Shown piece by piece: positions 38,489 to 47,364 of a DNA stretch of 64,000 nucleotides. This stretch comes from a virus. Positions within the stretch are counted from its first letter, which is position 1. The number at the start of each line of letters is the position of its first letter. Position numbers and translations under genes: made by a program. Location of the stretch: the IMG/VR virus record IMGVR_UViG_3300010158_000060, positions 8,334-72,333 of that record. One strand, written 5' to 3'. A model generated the notes under the pieces. The model made no database searches. It was not told the DNA's origin and saw only the letters and a program-made list of their open reading frames with translations.

Positions 38489-38655
38489 TAATTTAAATCA
38501 TCATTACTAATGTAAGTTTTTCTAATTCTTTCTCTTGTAATATTAAAAACACCTTTTCTATTTTCTCTAAACTTAAATCTATTGTAACTGATTGGACACA
38601 TAAGATCTAATTTTATTACTTTTTTTCTGTTTCTGTTTTTATTTGCTATGCTCAT
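38488..38655 (-). CDS. Small basic protein (55 aa; not in ORF track)
   Basis: MSIANKNRNRKKVIK...ISNDDLN*, translated by hand; fills the gap between coupled genes. Confidence 0.45.
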   Translation of the reverse strand: MSIANKNRNRKKVIKLDLMCPISYNRFKFRENRKGVFNITRERIRKTYISNDDLN

Positions 38656-39037
38656 TTTCAATAAATTGTTTTAAGTTTGGTTTAAAATATGATGGACCCT
38701 TTAAAATTTTCCCATCTTCTCTCATGATTGCTTTACCATCTTCACCAACTTTACTCATGTTGCTAGAATGAATCTCATCAAATACTTTCTCTATGATATC
38801 TTGCATACCATGTTTAAGTATAGTACCACACAATATATAAAGTTTATCACCTAAAGCATCTGCAATTTCTGTAAGATCTTTTTTATCACAAGCATCAAAA
38901 TATTCATCATTTTCTTCAGCCATAAGTTTATGTCTCAACATCCACTCATGATTTTCTATCAATCTTGGTAATGTACCATTTTCTTGGTTAAAAGTTTCAT
39001 GGAACTCTCTTACTGCTTCAATTTGCTTTTTCATCAT
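38639..39037 (-). CDS. MazG-like / PRA-PH family nucleoside triphosphate pyrophosphohydrolase
   Basis: EENDEY..EIADALGD..HSSNMSK..REDGKILKG motifs. Confidence 0.85.
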   Translation of the reverse strand: MMKKQIEAVREFHETFNQENGTLPRLIENHEWMLRHKLMAEENDEYFDACDKKDLTEIADALGDKLYILCGTILKHGMQDIIEKVFDEIHSSNMSKVGEDGKAIMREDGKILKGPSYFKPNLKQFIENEHSK

Positions 39038-39248
39038 TTTTATTTTTTTTATATTCTACCCATTCTAAATATAAACCAGTAACTAAAATTATATCTATAC
39101 CAACACATAAGATAGTTTCTAATATCCAATGCCAATCAGTTTGAGTCATGCTTATATGAGTTCCAACCCACATAAATGAACCCCATCTTTGAACACCATT
39201 AATTATCAAGTATCTTAAAAAATTCATTTTAATACATTTAACTTCCAC
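39018..39248 (-). CDS. Small membrane protein
   Basis: Hydrophobic segments, e.g. WILETILCVGIDIILVTGLYL; true start may be a downstream Met. Confidence 0.5.
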   Translation of the reverse strand: MEVKCIKMNFLRYLIINGVQRWGSFMWVGTHISMTQTDWHWILETILCVGIDIILVTGLYLEWVEYKKNKNDEKAN

Positions 39249-39423
39249 AGTTTATGCAACCCTCATCATCATCTTCTTCAGGATGTTCTTCTATTCTAGG
39301 ATTTAATTCTTTTTTTAACTCATAAATTTTTTGCTGAATTTCTCCATCTTTAAAAAGGTCACCTGATAAATGAGTTCTATAAATCTCAATATCTCTCTGA
39401 ATTTCTGATTCTATTCTTGACAT
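39238..39423 (-). CDS. Small protein with acidic C-terminal CxxC tail (DDDEGCINCGS)
   Basis: ORF track; has its own upstream TAnnTTTG promoter. Confidence 0.65.
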   Translation of the reverse strand: MSRIESEIQRDIEIYRTHLSGDLFKDGEIQQKIYELKKELNPRIEEHPEEDDDEGCINCGS

Positions 39424-39447
39424 AATATTTTATATTTAATTATTTTA

Positions 39448-39455
39448 CAAAGATA
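39448..39455 (-). promoter_or_regulatory. Bacteroidetes-type -7 promoter element TATCTTTG
   Basis: Matches the TAnnTTTG consensus, ~25 nt upstream of the ATG at 39423. Confidence 0.6.
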
Positions 39456-39482
39456 AAAAAAGAGGCAGTTTCCCGCCTCTCT
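39455..39482 (-). terminator. Intrinsic terminator
   Basis: On -: AGAGGCGG-gaaa-CTGCCTCT followed by a T-run. Confidence 0.75.
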
Positions 39483-39501
39483 AAAAAAATAAATTAAACA
39501 A

Positions 39502-40641
39502 TTAAAACAAATCAGGTATGAAATCAGAATCTTCTTCATCATCTGAAGAACTAAAGTCTAATGAAAAATCTGGTTCTTCTTTAGCTTTTTCTTCATTTGG
39601 TAATCTTATCAAAATATCATCTAATGATAATTTTTCAGTTTTTGGTTCTTCTGAAGGATTAACAAATACATTGTGTGCTTCTATAGCTTCTAACAATGGA
39701 GCTTCAAATGTATTTCCAGCAGGGTCTGTATATTGAATTACATCATCAACATTATCTTCTACAGCAAACTCATCTTCAGCTTCAGGTTCTTCTACTGGAG
39801 GTGGGCATACAGCTATCTCTTCTTCTTCTTCAATAACATCAAAGATAGTCATTTGAGCAGGATCTACAGCATCTTCTTCAATCTCTACAGGTTCAACAAC
39901 AGCTACTGGAGCTGTGAAAACTTGTTTAGGAAACTTGTAGATACTATCTATGAAATAGTGTAGTACTCTTTGGTCCTCCATCCAAGTTCTAGGATGTGAT
40001 TGTTGTAGAGCAATAGTAATTGCATTATAGAAAGTCCATAAGCTATCAGGATTTGTAAAGTTTTTCATTGGTCTGTCAATAAAGTTCTTTACAATACTTG
40101 CTTGTTCAGTAGTTAAAATACCATACTCAGCAAATAAAATACCTAATAATTGGGCCTTTTTTCTAATGTCCAGGGTCTTATCAACCATCTCATTCTTATC
40201 GGACAACAACTGATTATAGTACTGATGTGCATTTTTAATTTGCTCATCAATTGTATCTTTTGTCTCAGTGTCTGCAGTACCCATATGTTTTCTAATCCAA
40301 ACTCCCATGTCACCGGATACCATCACAGTGCTAGTAGTTTCAATATAAGCACCAACAATACATTTAAATTTAATCTGTTTGTTGTAGCTATTAGTCCAAG
40401 CAAACATCATTGATAATTCAGGATCACTATTATAAGCTAACTTGTGAATTCCTTGAGCTATCTGACCATCTGCTGTACATCTATATTCTTCATGTAAAAT
40501 GTTAAACCCTGCAAGTGCTAGGGCTTGATGAACATAATCAATCACAAATTGGTGACCAATTACTGTATATGTTGATCCGTGTTGTGGTAAGGGCACATTA
40601 ATCAAATGTGCTTTGCTACACTCGCTAATTCTTTTTGGCAT
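39502..40641 (-). CDS. DUF932/DUF945-like protein with long acidic tail
   Basis: TYTVIGH..NSYNK..IRKHMG..SLWTFYNAIT pattern; E/D-rich C-terminal ~120 aa. Confidence 0.55.
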   Translation of the reverse strand: MPKRISECSKAHLINVPLPQHGSTYTVIGHQFVIDYVHQALALAGFNILHEEYRCTADGQIAQGIHKLAYNSDPELSMMFAWTNSYNKQIKFKCIVGAYIETTSTVMVSGDMGVWIRKHMGTADTETKDTIDEQIKNAHQYYNQLLSDKNEMVDKTLDIRKKAQLLGILFAEYGILTTEQASIVKNFIDRPMKNFTNPDSLWTFYNAITIALQQSHPRTWMEDQRVLHYFIDSIYKFPKQVFTAPVAVVEPVEIEEDAVDPAQMTIFDVIEEEEEIAVCPPPVEEPEAEDEFAVEDNVDDVIQYTDPAGNTFEAPLLEAIEAHNVFVNPSEEPKTEKLSLDDILIRLPNEEKAKEEPDFSLDFSSSDDEEDSDFIPDLF

Positions 40642-40643
40642 AA

Positions 40644-42638
40644 CTAAAATAATTTTAATTGTGTAATTACTGGCTCAAGAGAATTTATCTCTTTATAAAT
40701 CTTATCTAAATAATAATTCAGATTGATACCATATTCTTCAAATGGTGTCTCTACATGTTTTACATAAACTGTTTGCAACCAGCGTCCAGCTTCTATCTGG
40801 ATCTCACGCTTGTCATCTTTGTTCTGTTTAATTATCTTACTACCGGTGTTAGACATGTAATACCTTAATGTATCTTGTAAATTGTCTTTTACATAGTATC
40901 CCATTTCAACATGGTGTTCTACAAATTTCCAATTACCCTTAATCTTTACACCACCACAGTAATCAAATATGTTATTCTCAGTAAGAAGATACTCTTCAGG
41001 CTTTATTCCATGTACAAAATACATAAATATAGCTTTTGGAATAATCAAAAAACTTTTGTTTTTGTGTAATGCTAGATTACTAAACTCAAACCGGCCTTTT
41101 GACTTAGTTGCTTTGAAGAAATATTCTCCATCAATTTCTTCATAAACATCATATGGGACCTTTTTCTTGAGTTCCTCATAAACTTCTTTGTCTATTTTCT
41201 TTCTTTCAGTTACAGCAATATAGTTATTTACATCTCCAAGAATTATTTTACTATATGTATCATGCTCCAGTTGCAGATTAGTTATGTTCTGCCATCTTTC
41301 ACATATTTCCATATACTTATCATAATACTTTCTAGGAATCATTGTCTCTAGACCATCTGTATTCTGCATTAAAGGCATAACATCTGGAATCTCTTCACAA
41401 ATCATCTCATACAGCATCATTAGACTTAGCTGACCATTTACAGTAATTCTCATGGTAAACTCAGGATCATATAGAAAACTATTCTCATCATTACTCAAAC
41501 CATAAGTTGAGTTAAGAATAATCTTATATACATAGTTCTTTGGATCCTTCTTGCTTATTTTCTTTCTCTCATTAAAAAACCATTCATACAGATCACAGAA
41601 TTCTGCTTTAGGAAGGTGATAGGGGGCCCATTTATTTCTAATAGCTAAGTTTGGATAATAACTGACAACATCTGAAGACATGATTACCATATCATCATCT
41701 GATTCATATACACCAGCTGTTCTAGCTCCATGAACACCACCCAGACCAAAATCTGTTTTCAAACCCTTATACTGGACAGAATATTTGAAGCCTCCTTTAG
41801 TATTCATAGGATTTAATACAATCTCCTTAAACTTATTTAGTAAATTTTGAAATGTTGCAGTTTTAAAATTTGTATAAGGTAAAATTATATCCTCAAATCT
41901 AATGTCGCTTCTATAGGTTCTTAGCTTTCTAAGTTCCCATTTCTTGTATCCAGTTTTTTCACTCAAGAAATGCAGAAACAATTCTTTAGAAATTCTTGGC
42001 TCAGATGCACTAAACAAATCAATGTTATACTCTATAGTTAGATTTTTCCGCAAATCAATTTGACTCTTATTCAACATCAAAATAGCCTTAGTAGACTTGA
42101 CATCATTAATACAGTAACTAATAACCATATTAACATCATCTGCAGTAATCTCAGTACTATGATGAATTGGCATATCAACTATGTTAGTCCAATCCATTGT
42201 ATACTGAATCCACTTTAATGAACTTCTCTTAGCTGGATTATCCCAGTGATTAAGTTTAAACAAATCAATTTGATTTATCTGCAGATCTCTAGGACTAAAC
42301 TCAGTGAATTCACCTCTATTTTGTCTAGATATTACATCTTGTGCTTTGTAATAAAGAAATCTTGCTATCTTGTCTCCATTGCTAGCAAGTAGCATTTTTT
42401 TGTTCCTAAGAACATGCTCTGTTATTTGAGCATCAAATGCTAAGCCATTAAAGCTTATATGCCATTCATTATAGGCAATATTGTGTTCTAAAAATGTTAT
42501 TAAATCAAAGATATCATTTCTGGATTCATGACACACAAATATTTCTTTATTGTCAGATTTTACATCTTCATACACAGCTACAAAACAATTCTTCAATGTT
42601 TCATAATCCATTACATAGTTTGTTCTCATAAGACACAT
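40644..42638 (-). CDS. polB: Family B DNA polymerase (crAss-type)
   Basis: Exo I DYETL, Exo II FNGLAFD, Exo III YCINDV; polymerase motifs DVVSYYP, KIILNSTYG, NTDG. Start probably MRTNYV at 42629. Confidence 0.93.
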   Translation of the reverse strand: MCLMRTNYVMDYETLKNCFVAVYEDVKSDNKEIFVCHESRNDIFDLITFLEHNIAYNEWHISFNGLAFDAQITEHVLRNKKMLLASNGDKIARFLYYKAQDVISRQNRGEFTEFSPRDLQINQIDLFKLNHWDNPAKRSSLKWIQYTMDWTNIVDMPIHHSTEITADDVNMVISYCINDVKSTKAILMLNKSQIDLRKNLTIEYNIDLFSASEPRISKELFLHFLSEKTGYKKWELRKLRTYRSDIRFEDIILPYTNFKTATFQNLLNKFKEIVLNPMNTKGGFKYSVQYKGLKTDFGLGGVHGARTAGVYESDDDMVIMSSDVVSYYPNLAIRNKWAPYHLPKAEFCDLYEWFFNERKKISKKDPKNYVYKIILNSTYGLSNDENSFLYDPEFTMRITVNGQLSLMMLYEMICEEIPDVMPLMQNTDGLETMIPRKYYDKYMEICERWQNITNLQLEHDTYSKIILGDVNNYIAVTERKKIDKEVYEELKKKVPYDVYEEIDGEYFFKATKSKGRFEFSNLALHKNKSFLIIPKAIFMYFVHGIKPEEYLLTENNIFDYCGGVKIKGNWKFVEHHVEMGYYVKDNLQDTLRYYMSNTGSKIIKQNKDDKREIQIEAGRWLQTVYVKHVETPFEEYGINLNYYLDKIYKEINSLEPVITQLKLF

Positions 42639-42670
42639 TCAGTTAAGCTGTTTCCCCATTTAGTTAAAAT

Positions 42671-42760
42671 TGCTTATTAAGGGATTCCAACCCTTATCCA
42701 CTAACAAGTTAGCATGTTAAAACCATGTAGAGTATTCATTCCTCCTTACACCAAATAAGC
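42671..42760 (-). ncRNA. tRNA-like cloverleaf element 1 (non-canonical, no CCA)
   Basis: Acceptor GCUUAUU/AAUAAGC, D-stem GUGU/AUAC with GG in the loop, T-arm AAGGG-UUGGAAU-CCCUU; aberrant anticodon region. Confidence 0.6.
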
Positions 42761-42771
42761 AATTTAATAAA

Positions 42772-43149
42772 TTACTTAGTTTCAGTTGCTTCTTCAGTAA
42801 AAGCTGCATAGTCAAATGTAGAAGCATTAACTGCAAAAAGATTGATCAAATCTTTAATAGCAATTTTATCTTCAACATAATATTCTTGGAAAACTTCAAT
42901 TTTATTTCTTTCTTCCTTAAACTTTCTACCATTAGGTCTTGCTGACTTACATGCAACAGGATCACCATTTTCATCCATTTTAGGTAACATGTGCAAACTT
43001 TGTTTAGTAATCTTAGATATGATTACAAATACTTTTGTAGCTGGATCAAAGATACATTCTACATATGGACATTCTACCGCAATTGGAATCAATCTAAAAG
43101 TTTGTGTTTCATTCCAAGTTGCTTGGACAATCATCATTGTGTTCTTCAT
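42772..43149 (-). CDS. Hypothetical protein
   Basis: ORF track; TAAATTTG promoter element upstream. Confidence 0.7.
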   Translation of the reverse strand: MKNTMMIVQATWNETQTFRLIPIAVECPYVECIFDPATKVFVIISKITKQSLHMLPKMDENGDPVACKSARPNGRKFKEERNKIEVFQEYYVEDKIAIKDLINLFAVNASTFDYAAFTEEATETK

Positions 43150-43747
43150 AAATATTTATTTTATTATTTAACAAATTTACTGCGGATTCTTCTATAGTTC
43201 CTAAATTAGCTATCTCTAATTTTAGAATTTCTTTATTTAAATCAGGTTTACTACACAATTCTCCAACAGATTTAAGTAATTCCGCATCAGCATTTAACAA
43301 ATCTGCATACTCATTAAAGTATTTTTCAGGATACAAATAACTTTTTACATATTGATAGTTTCCACTTTGCGGATCAAAAAAGTTTAAAATTTTAGCTTTT
43401 AAATTCAGATTTATTTTGCTATACTTTCCATCAAGAAAGTTAGCCCACTCCTCTACCAAATCAGAAAAATCAAATGTGAATACACTAGTTTTTGAGTTAG
43501 CTTTAACATATCCAAACAACCTTGGATGTTTAAGTAAAACTGTTTTTACAAATACTTCAAAAGTATTTGTCTCATCATTTTCATATACACATACTAATTT
43601 CATATCCTCAGAGATCGTGCTATTTTCTTCCCAAGCAACATAAGTTGCATTAGGGACATAAGCTGCACCTCTTTTTATTCCCAGGAGCGGATATATGAAC
43701 ACCTGGGATTTTTGGAAATATTTCCTATACACTGAATTTAAAGCCAT
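43109..43747 (-). CDS. Hypothetical protein
   Basis: ORF track, operonic. Confidence 0.7.
   Translation of the reverse strand: MALNSVYRKYFQKSQVFIYPLLGIKRGAAYVPNATYVAWEENSTISEDMKLVCVYENDETNTFEVFVKTVLLKHPRLFGYVKANSKTSVFTFDFSDLVEEWANFLDGKYSKINLNLKAKILNFFDPQSGNYQYVKSYLYPEKYFNEYADLLNADAELLKSVGELCSKPDLNKEILKLEIANLGTIEESAVNLLNNKINIYEEHNDDCPSNLE
43172..43179 (-). promoter_or_regulatory. Bacteroidetes-type -7 promoter element TAAATTTG
   Basis: TAnnTTTG, ~22 nt upstream of the ATG at 43149, followed by an AT-rich leader. Confidence 0.5.
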
Positions 43748-43752
43748 AATTC

Positions 43753-44772
43753 CTACAATTTTACATTATTAACAAGTAATGAGTATGGTAGGTCATATCT
43801 TCTATTATCATAGTGCCACTTAACAGTTTTCACTATTTCATTAAAAGATTCCTTCCATTTCTCTAATGTTTCTTGACTAACTTGGAATGGATACACTAGA
43901 TTATACTTGTCAATAACAATAAATGTTACTTGAAACTTCCAATCAAATTTATCTTCTTTGTCAGCAAGATATTTGTTATTTGCAAGAATAGTATAAATAA
44001 CGGCTTGCATCCAATACTTATAATATTCTACAGTCTCTGGAAAATCTTGGATTGCTTTTGATGTTGTCTTGAGATCATTGATGAATATAGTCTTAGATTC
44101 AGAATCTACAACTACATGATCAAGTATTCCATGAAGTCCAAAGCTTAGTTTAGGATTGTTATACTCTAAACGCAACTCACTTTCTACAACAAGATGAATA
44201 TCTTCAGGTTTTCTATCTAATTGTAATAAAGCTCTGACATCTTTATTGTTTCTTAGAATTTCAATCTGAACTCTGCAGCCACTCAGAGTCTCTTGATCTA
44301 CAACAGTTTTACCAACGCTGTTTTTCAAGAAATCAAAATAGGTCTTGTTTTCTTCTGTAAGAATCTTGTCAAGTCTTTGCTGATCTGTTTTGAGAGATTG
44401 GTAGAGATTAGCTGTAAGAAGTAATGTGAGAATATCTTGGGAGTAGTCATCCAAAGATAATGAATTATTACCTATTGACAAGTGAATCTTAAATAAATCA
44501 CTGATGATTTTTCTTTGGCTATCTGTAGGCATCTTACCTGGTAGCTCTAAGAATTGTTCATCAAATTTTTCTTCTTCAAATAATAGACAATGCAGAACGC
44601 GCCCTGCAACAAGGTGCGCGTCTGTAGAGTCTTCTCTTTGATTAAGAACATAATGGTTGTAAAATACCACCGGGGAATATAATAACTTGTTAATTCCACT
44701 ATAACTGAAGTAAAACTTCTTCTTATAGAACTGCTCTAACTCTTCATTAGAACCAATCAATGCTTGACTCAT
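43753..44772 (-). CDS. PD-(D/E)xK exonuclease (RecE/Cas4-like)
   Basis: FSYSGI..GRVLHCLL..GILDHVVVD..INDLKTT..YWMQAVIY. Start moved to MSQALIG (44772) because the longer start is a Lys/Leu-rich overlap. Confidence 0.8.
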   Translation of the reverse strand: MSQALIGSNEELEQFYKKKFYFSYSGINKLLYSPVVFYNHYVLNQREDSTDAHLVAGRVLHCLLFEEEKFDEQFLELPGKMPTDSQRKIISDLFKIHLSIGNNSLSLDDYSQDILTLLLTANLYQSLKTDQQRLDKILTEENKTYFDFLKNSVGKTVVDQETLSGCRVQIEILRNNKDVRALLQLDRKPEDIHLVVESELRLEYNNPKLSFGLHGILDHVVVDSESKTIFINDLKTTSKAIQDFPETVEYYKYWMQAVIYTILANNKYLADKEDKFDWKFQVTFIVIDKYNLVYPFQVSQETLEKWKESFNEIVKTVKWHYDNRRYDLPYSLLVNNVKL

Positions 44773-46084
44773 CTTCTTTTTCTTTATTAGGTTCAACAAT
44801 AACTTCTTCTTGGGTATTCTCAATAGTAATTTTAGTTTCTTCAACCACTTCTTCAATTGTTTCAGTAATTTCTTCTTCAACTACATTTACATCTGATAAT
44901 TCAAAAGATGGTTCTTGTTCAACTACATCTTCTAAGTTTAAACTTTCAGTGTTTACAGCTTCAACAAGTTCTTCTTCTAAAACTTCTTCTTCTACAATTT
45001 CTTCCTCTTCTTGAGCAACCGGTTCATAGTTATCTTTTAATGAAAACACATAATTTTGATTTAATATCTTGTGTATGTCATCTGATACAGTGATGTTTTT
45101 TACATGAAAAAAGTCTGTATTACCATTTCTCATGATTTCTTCATGATAATGCTTCATTAATATATCTAACTTATCTGCAGTAAGAACCTTAAAGGTGCTT
45201 AAAGATTTAATGATATGATCAAGGTCTGTATGAAATCTATATCTATCTTTTCCAATTGTGTTACATAAACTTTTAAAGTTTACATGGTTTCTTGTATTAG
45301 AATTATAAATTGTATCAGAGTAATCTTTAAACAACATTTCAATAAAAAGTAAACTATCAATAATGTTTGAATTAGCCATAATTTCCATTGCCAAGACATG
45401 ATTATCTTGATCATTACTCTTAAACATATTTGATAACTGACCAAACATTTCATAGTCAATAGTTACATTCTTAGCATTAACTGCATTTATTAAAGCATTA
45501 ACATTATAGATTGTTAATTTTTGTAATTCTTCAACTTCTGCAACAAATTCAGGATCAATTACATTATAAGTATGTGAATCATCATACTTATCATGAATTA
45601 CAAGGTTGTGTCTATTTTTTATATCTCTAAAATTATTCATACTTGAATAAGTGTAGAATATTTCAAGATTTTCATCAACTGTTTTATGAGCTTCAATTAC
45701 ATCTTTTAAATCAGATACATCAGTTGGTTCACAACCTAAGTCTTTTGTAAAATAAACCATTAACTTTTCAAAGTCAGCTACTGGCATTTTATATACCCAT
45801 TGGCTACTTGAATTATAATATTCATGTTGAGTTTTATCAGAACCAAAAATATAATCTGCAGCACTTATATCTCTAATAGTTTTAGTACCATTATCTTGAT
45901 TAAACTGTTTTACTTTTACTCTAGGAATATTAATTCCAGGTAAAAGATATAGTTTTTCACCTTTATTTGGTTTAAAATCTATATCTTGAATATCAAACAA
46001 TGGTTTAGAAATACTAATCATATGTTTAATTTCAGTAGTGAAATCACCATTGTTATTCATTGTTATAAAAATTCTTGCTTTCAT
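44747..46084 (-). CDS. Hypothetical protein, possible BRCT-like N-terminal domain, acidic tail
   Basis: LYLLPGINIPRVK..RDISAADYIF pattern; SxDxxN motif shared with two other ORFs. Confidence 0.5.
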   Translation of the reverse strand: MKARIFITMNNNGDFTTEIKHMISISKPLFDIQDIDFKPNKGEKLYLLPGINIPRVKVKQFNQDNGTKTIRDISAADYIFGSDKTQHEYYNSSSQWVYKMPVADFEKLMVYFTKDLGCEPTDVSDLKDVIEAHKTVDENLEIFYTYSSMNNFRDIKNRHNLVIHDKYDDSHTYNVIDPEFVAEVEELQKLTIYNVNALINAVNAKNVTIDYEMFGQLSNMFKSNDQDNHVLAMEIMANSNIIDSLLFIEMLFKDYSDTIYNSNTRNHVNFKSLCNTIGKDRYRFHTDLDHIIKSLSTFKVLTADKLDILMKHYHEEIMRNGNTDFFHVKNITVSDDIHKILNQNYVFSLKDNYEPVAQEEEEIVEEEVLEEELVEAVNTESLNLEDVVEQEPSFELSDVNVVEEEITETIEEVVEETKITIENTQEEVIVEPNKEKEDESSIDWF

Positions 46085-46095
46085 TTTTTTAATAT

Positions 46096-46125
46096 AAAAA
46101 GATAGGGATGTAATCCACCCCTATC
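46096..46125 (-). terminator. Intrinsic terminator
   Basis: On -: GATAGGGGTG-gatta-CATCCCTATC-TTTTT. Confidence 0.75.
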
Positions 46126-46175
46126 ATAGTTAATAATTATGTTACTTGTGTTTACAGGGAACTGGTTTATCCTGT

Positions 46176-47345
46176 TTATTTTACTGACATCTTTACTACA
46201 TCTGCATTCATCATCAACGGAGCAAATTTAACTTTGTTACCATTGATTAATTCTTTGATGATATAATATCTCAAGTCATCTGTAAAAGAATCACAATCTG
46301 TAGTAAGTTTGATTAATCTCTGAACCATTGGTTGAGAAATAGAATTTTTCTCAGCAAAAGTTAAACCATAGTTAACAATTCTTGTTGCAACTACACTAGA
46401 TAAATCAGCTCGGAAATCAACATCAGTTCCTATAGCACTTTTAAGTGTGTTTAACACATACTGCTCATCTTTCTCAAAGATATCTTTTGGTCCAATAATT
46501 TTATCTAGTTTATTATTAATAAACATAGTAAACATAGAAGCAAAATCATTACCAACAGAACCTTCACCAATCATTTGGATAATTGGTAAGTTCTTAGCAA
46601 ATTCTGTAATAGAACTAATAGAGTTAAAGAATGTAGTAATCATCCTTGGATTAATTCTTTGAGAAACTAATTCTGGATTCATCAACAAGAAGTTAATACA
46701 TCTACTGTCAATGTTAGCTTTCTCTGCCCACTTAGCCCAGATGTTAACATCAAATTTTACTTCTGTAGAAATAAATCTGGTCTTCTGAGCAACATCTAAA
46801 GAAGTTACATTATAATCACCATTGTCTGGGTTAGTAGTTAACAAAATATGCCAGTTCTTAGGTAATTTCCAAGAAGCATATGCTTGCTCATCAATAAGAG
46901 TCATGGTAGCTTGCATGAATCTATGGTCAGCTCTGGTGTAGTCATCTAAGATTAAGAAACCACCTTCACCTCTACCTTGAATCCATTCAGGAGCAGCATG
47001 AGCCATTCTCTTATTGATTACTTTGTAACCTTTCTTCATTGCTGCATCAATCTGATGCTCATTAATCCAGGTAGTCTTACCTTCTGCATTTGAAATCTCA
47101 AATTCTTTTACAGGAAAACCTACAAGGTCACCTAATTCCTCAAACTCTGCTAAGTTTAGTCTGATCATATCCATGTTAAGCTCTGAAGCTAATTGTTTTA
47201 CTGATGAAGTTTTACCCAAACCAGCATCACCCTCTATATTCACTGCTACAGGAACTTTACCATTAGCTTGTATATGTTGGTTATTAGTAACCATATACTT
47301 TACAAAATCTTTTAACTCATCTAAATTTAATTGAACTTGGCTCAT
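46176..47345 (-). CDS. MoxR-like AAA+ ATPase
   Basis: Walker A GDAGLGKTS, Walker B LILDDYTRA, sensor TTNP; adjacent to a VWA gene. Confidence 0.85.
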   Translation of the reverse strand: MSQVQLNLDELKDFVKYMVTNNQHIQANGKVPVAVNIEGDAGLGKTSSVKQLASELNMDMIRLNLAEFEELGDLVGFPVKEFEISNAEGKTTWINEHQIDAAMKKGYKVINKRMAHAAPEWIQGRGEGGFLILDDYTRADHRFMQATMTLIDEQAYASWKLPKNWHILLTTNPDNGDYNVTSLDVAQKTRFISTEVKFDVNIWAKWAEKANIDSRCINFLLMNPELVSQRINPRMITTFFNSISSITEFAKNLPIIQMIGEGSVGNDFASMFTMFINNKLDKIIGPKDIFEKDEQYVLNTLKSAIGTDVDFRADLSSVVATRIVNYGLTFAEKNSISQPMVQRLIKLTTDCDSFTDDLRYYIIKELINGNKVKFAPLMMNADVVKMSVK

Positions 47346-47364
47346 AACTTTTCTTTTTAATAAT

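Noticed and set aside
40644-42638. Intron or intein in polB, primase or helicase
   Set aside because: Motif spacing and gene lengths are contiguous.
42671-42760. Calling element 1 a functional tRNA-Lys(UUU)
   Set aside because: Anticodon stem is out of register, the T-loop is UUG and there is no CCA; reported as tRNA-like only.
44773-44880. Lys/Leu-rich N-terminal extension of the PD-(D/E)xK ORF
   Set aside because: Alternative-frame reading of the upstream gene's Glu-rich tail.
46154-46175. ACAGG..CCTGT hairpin after the MoxR gene as a third tRNA-like element
   Set aside because: No cloverleaf can be built; the adjacent hairpin is an ordinary terminator.
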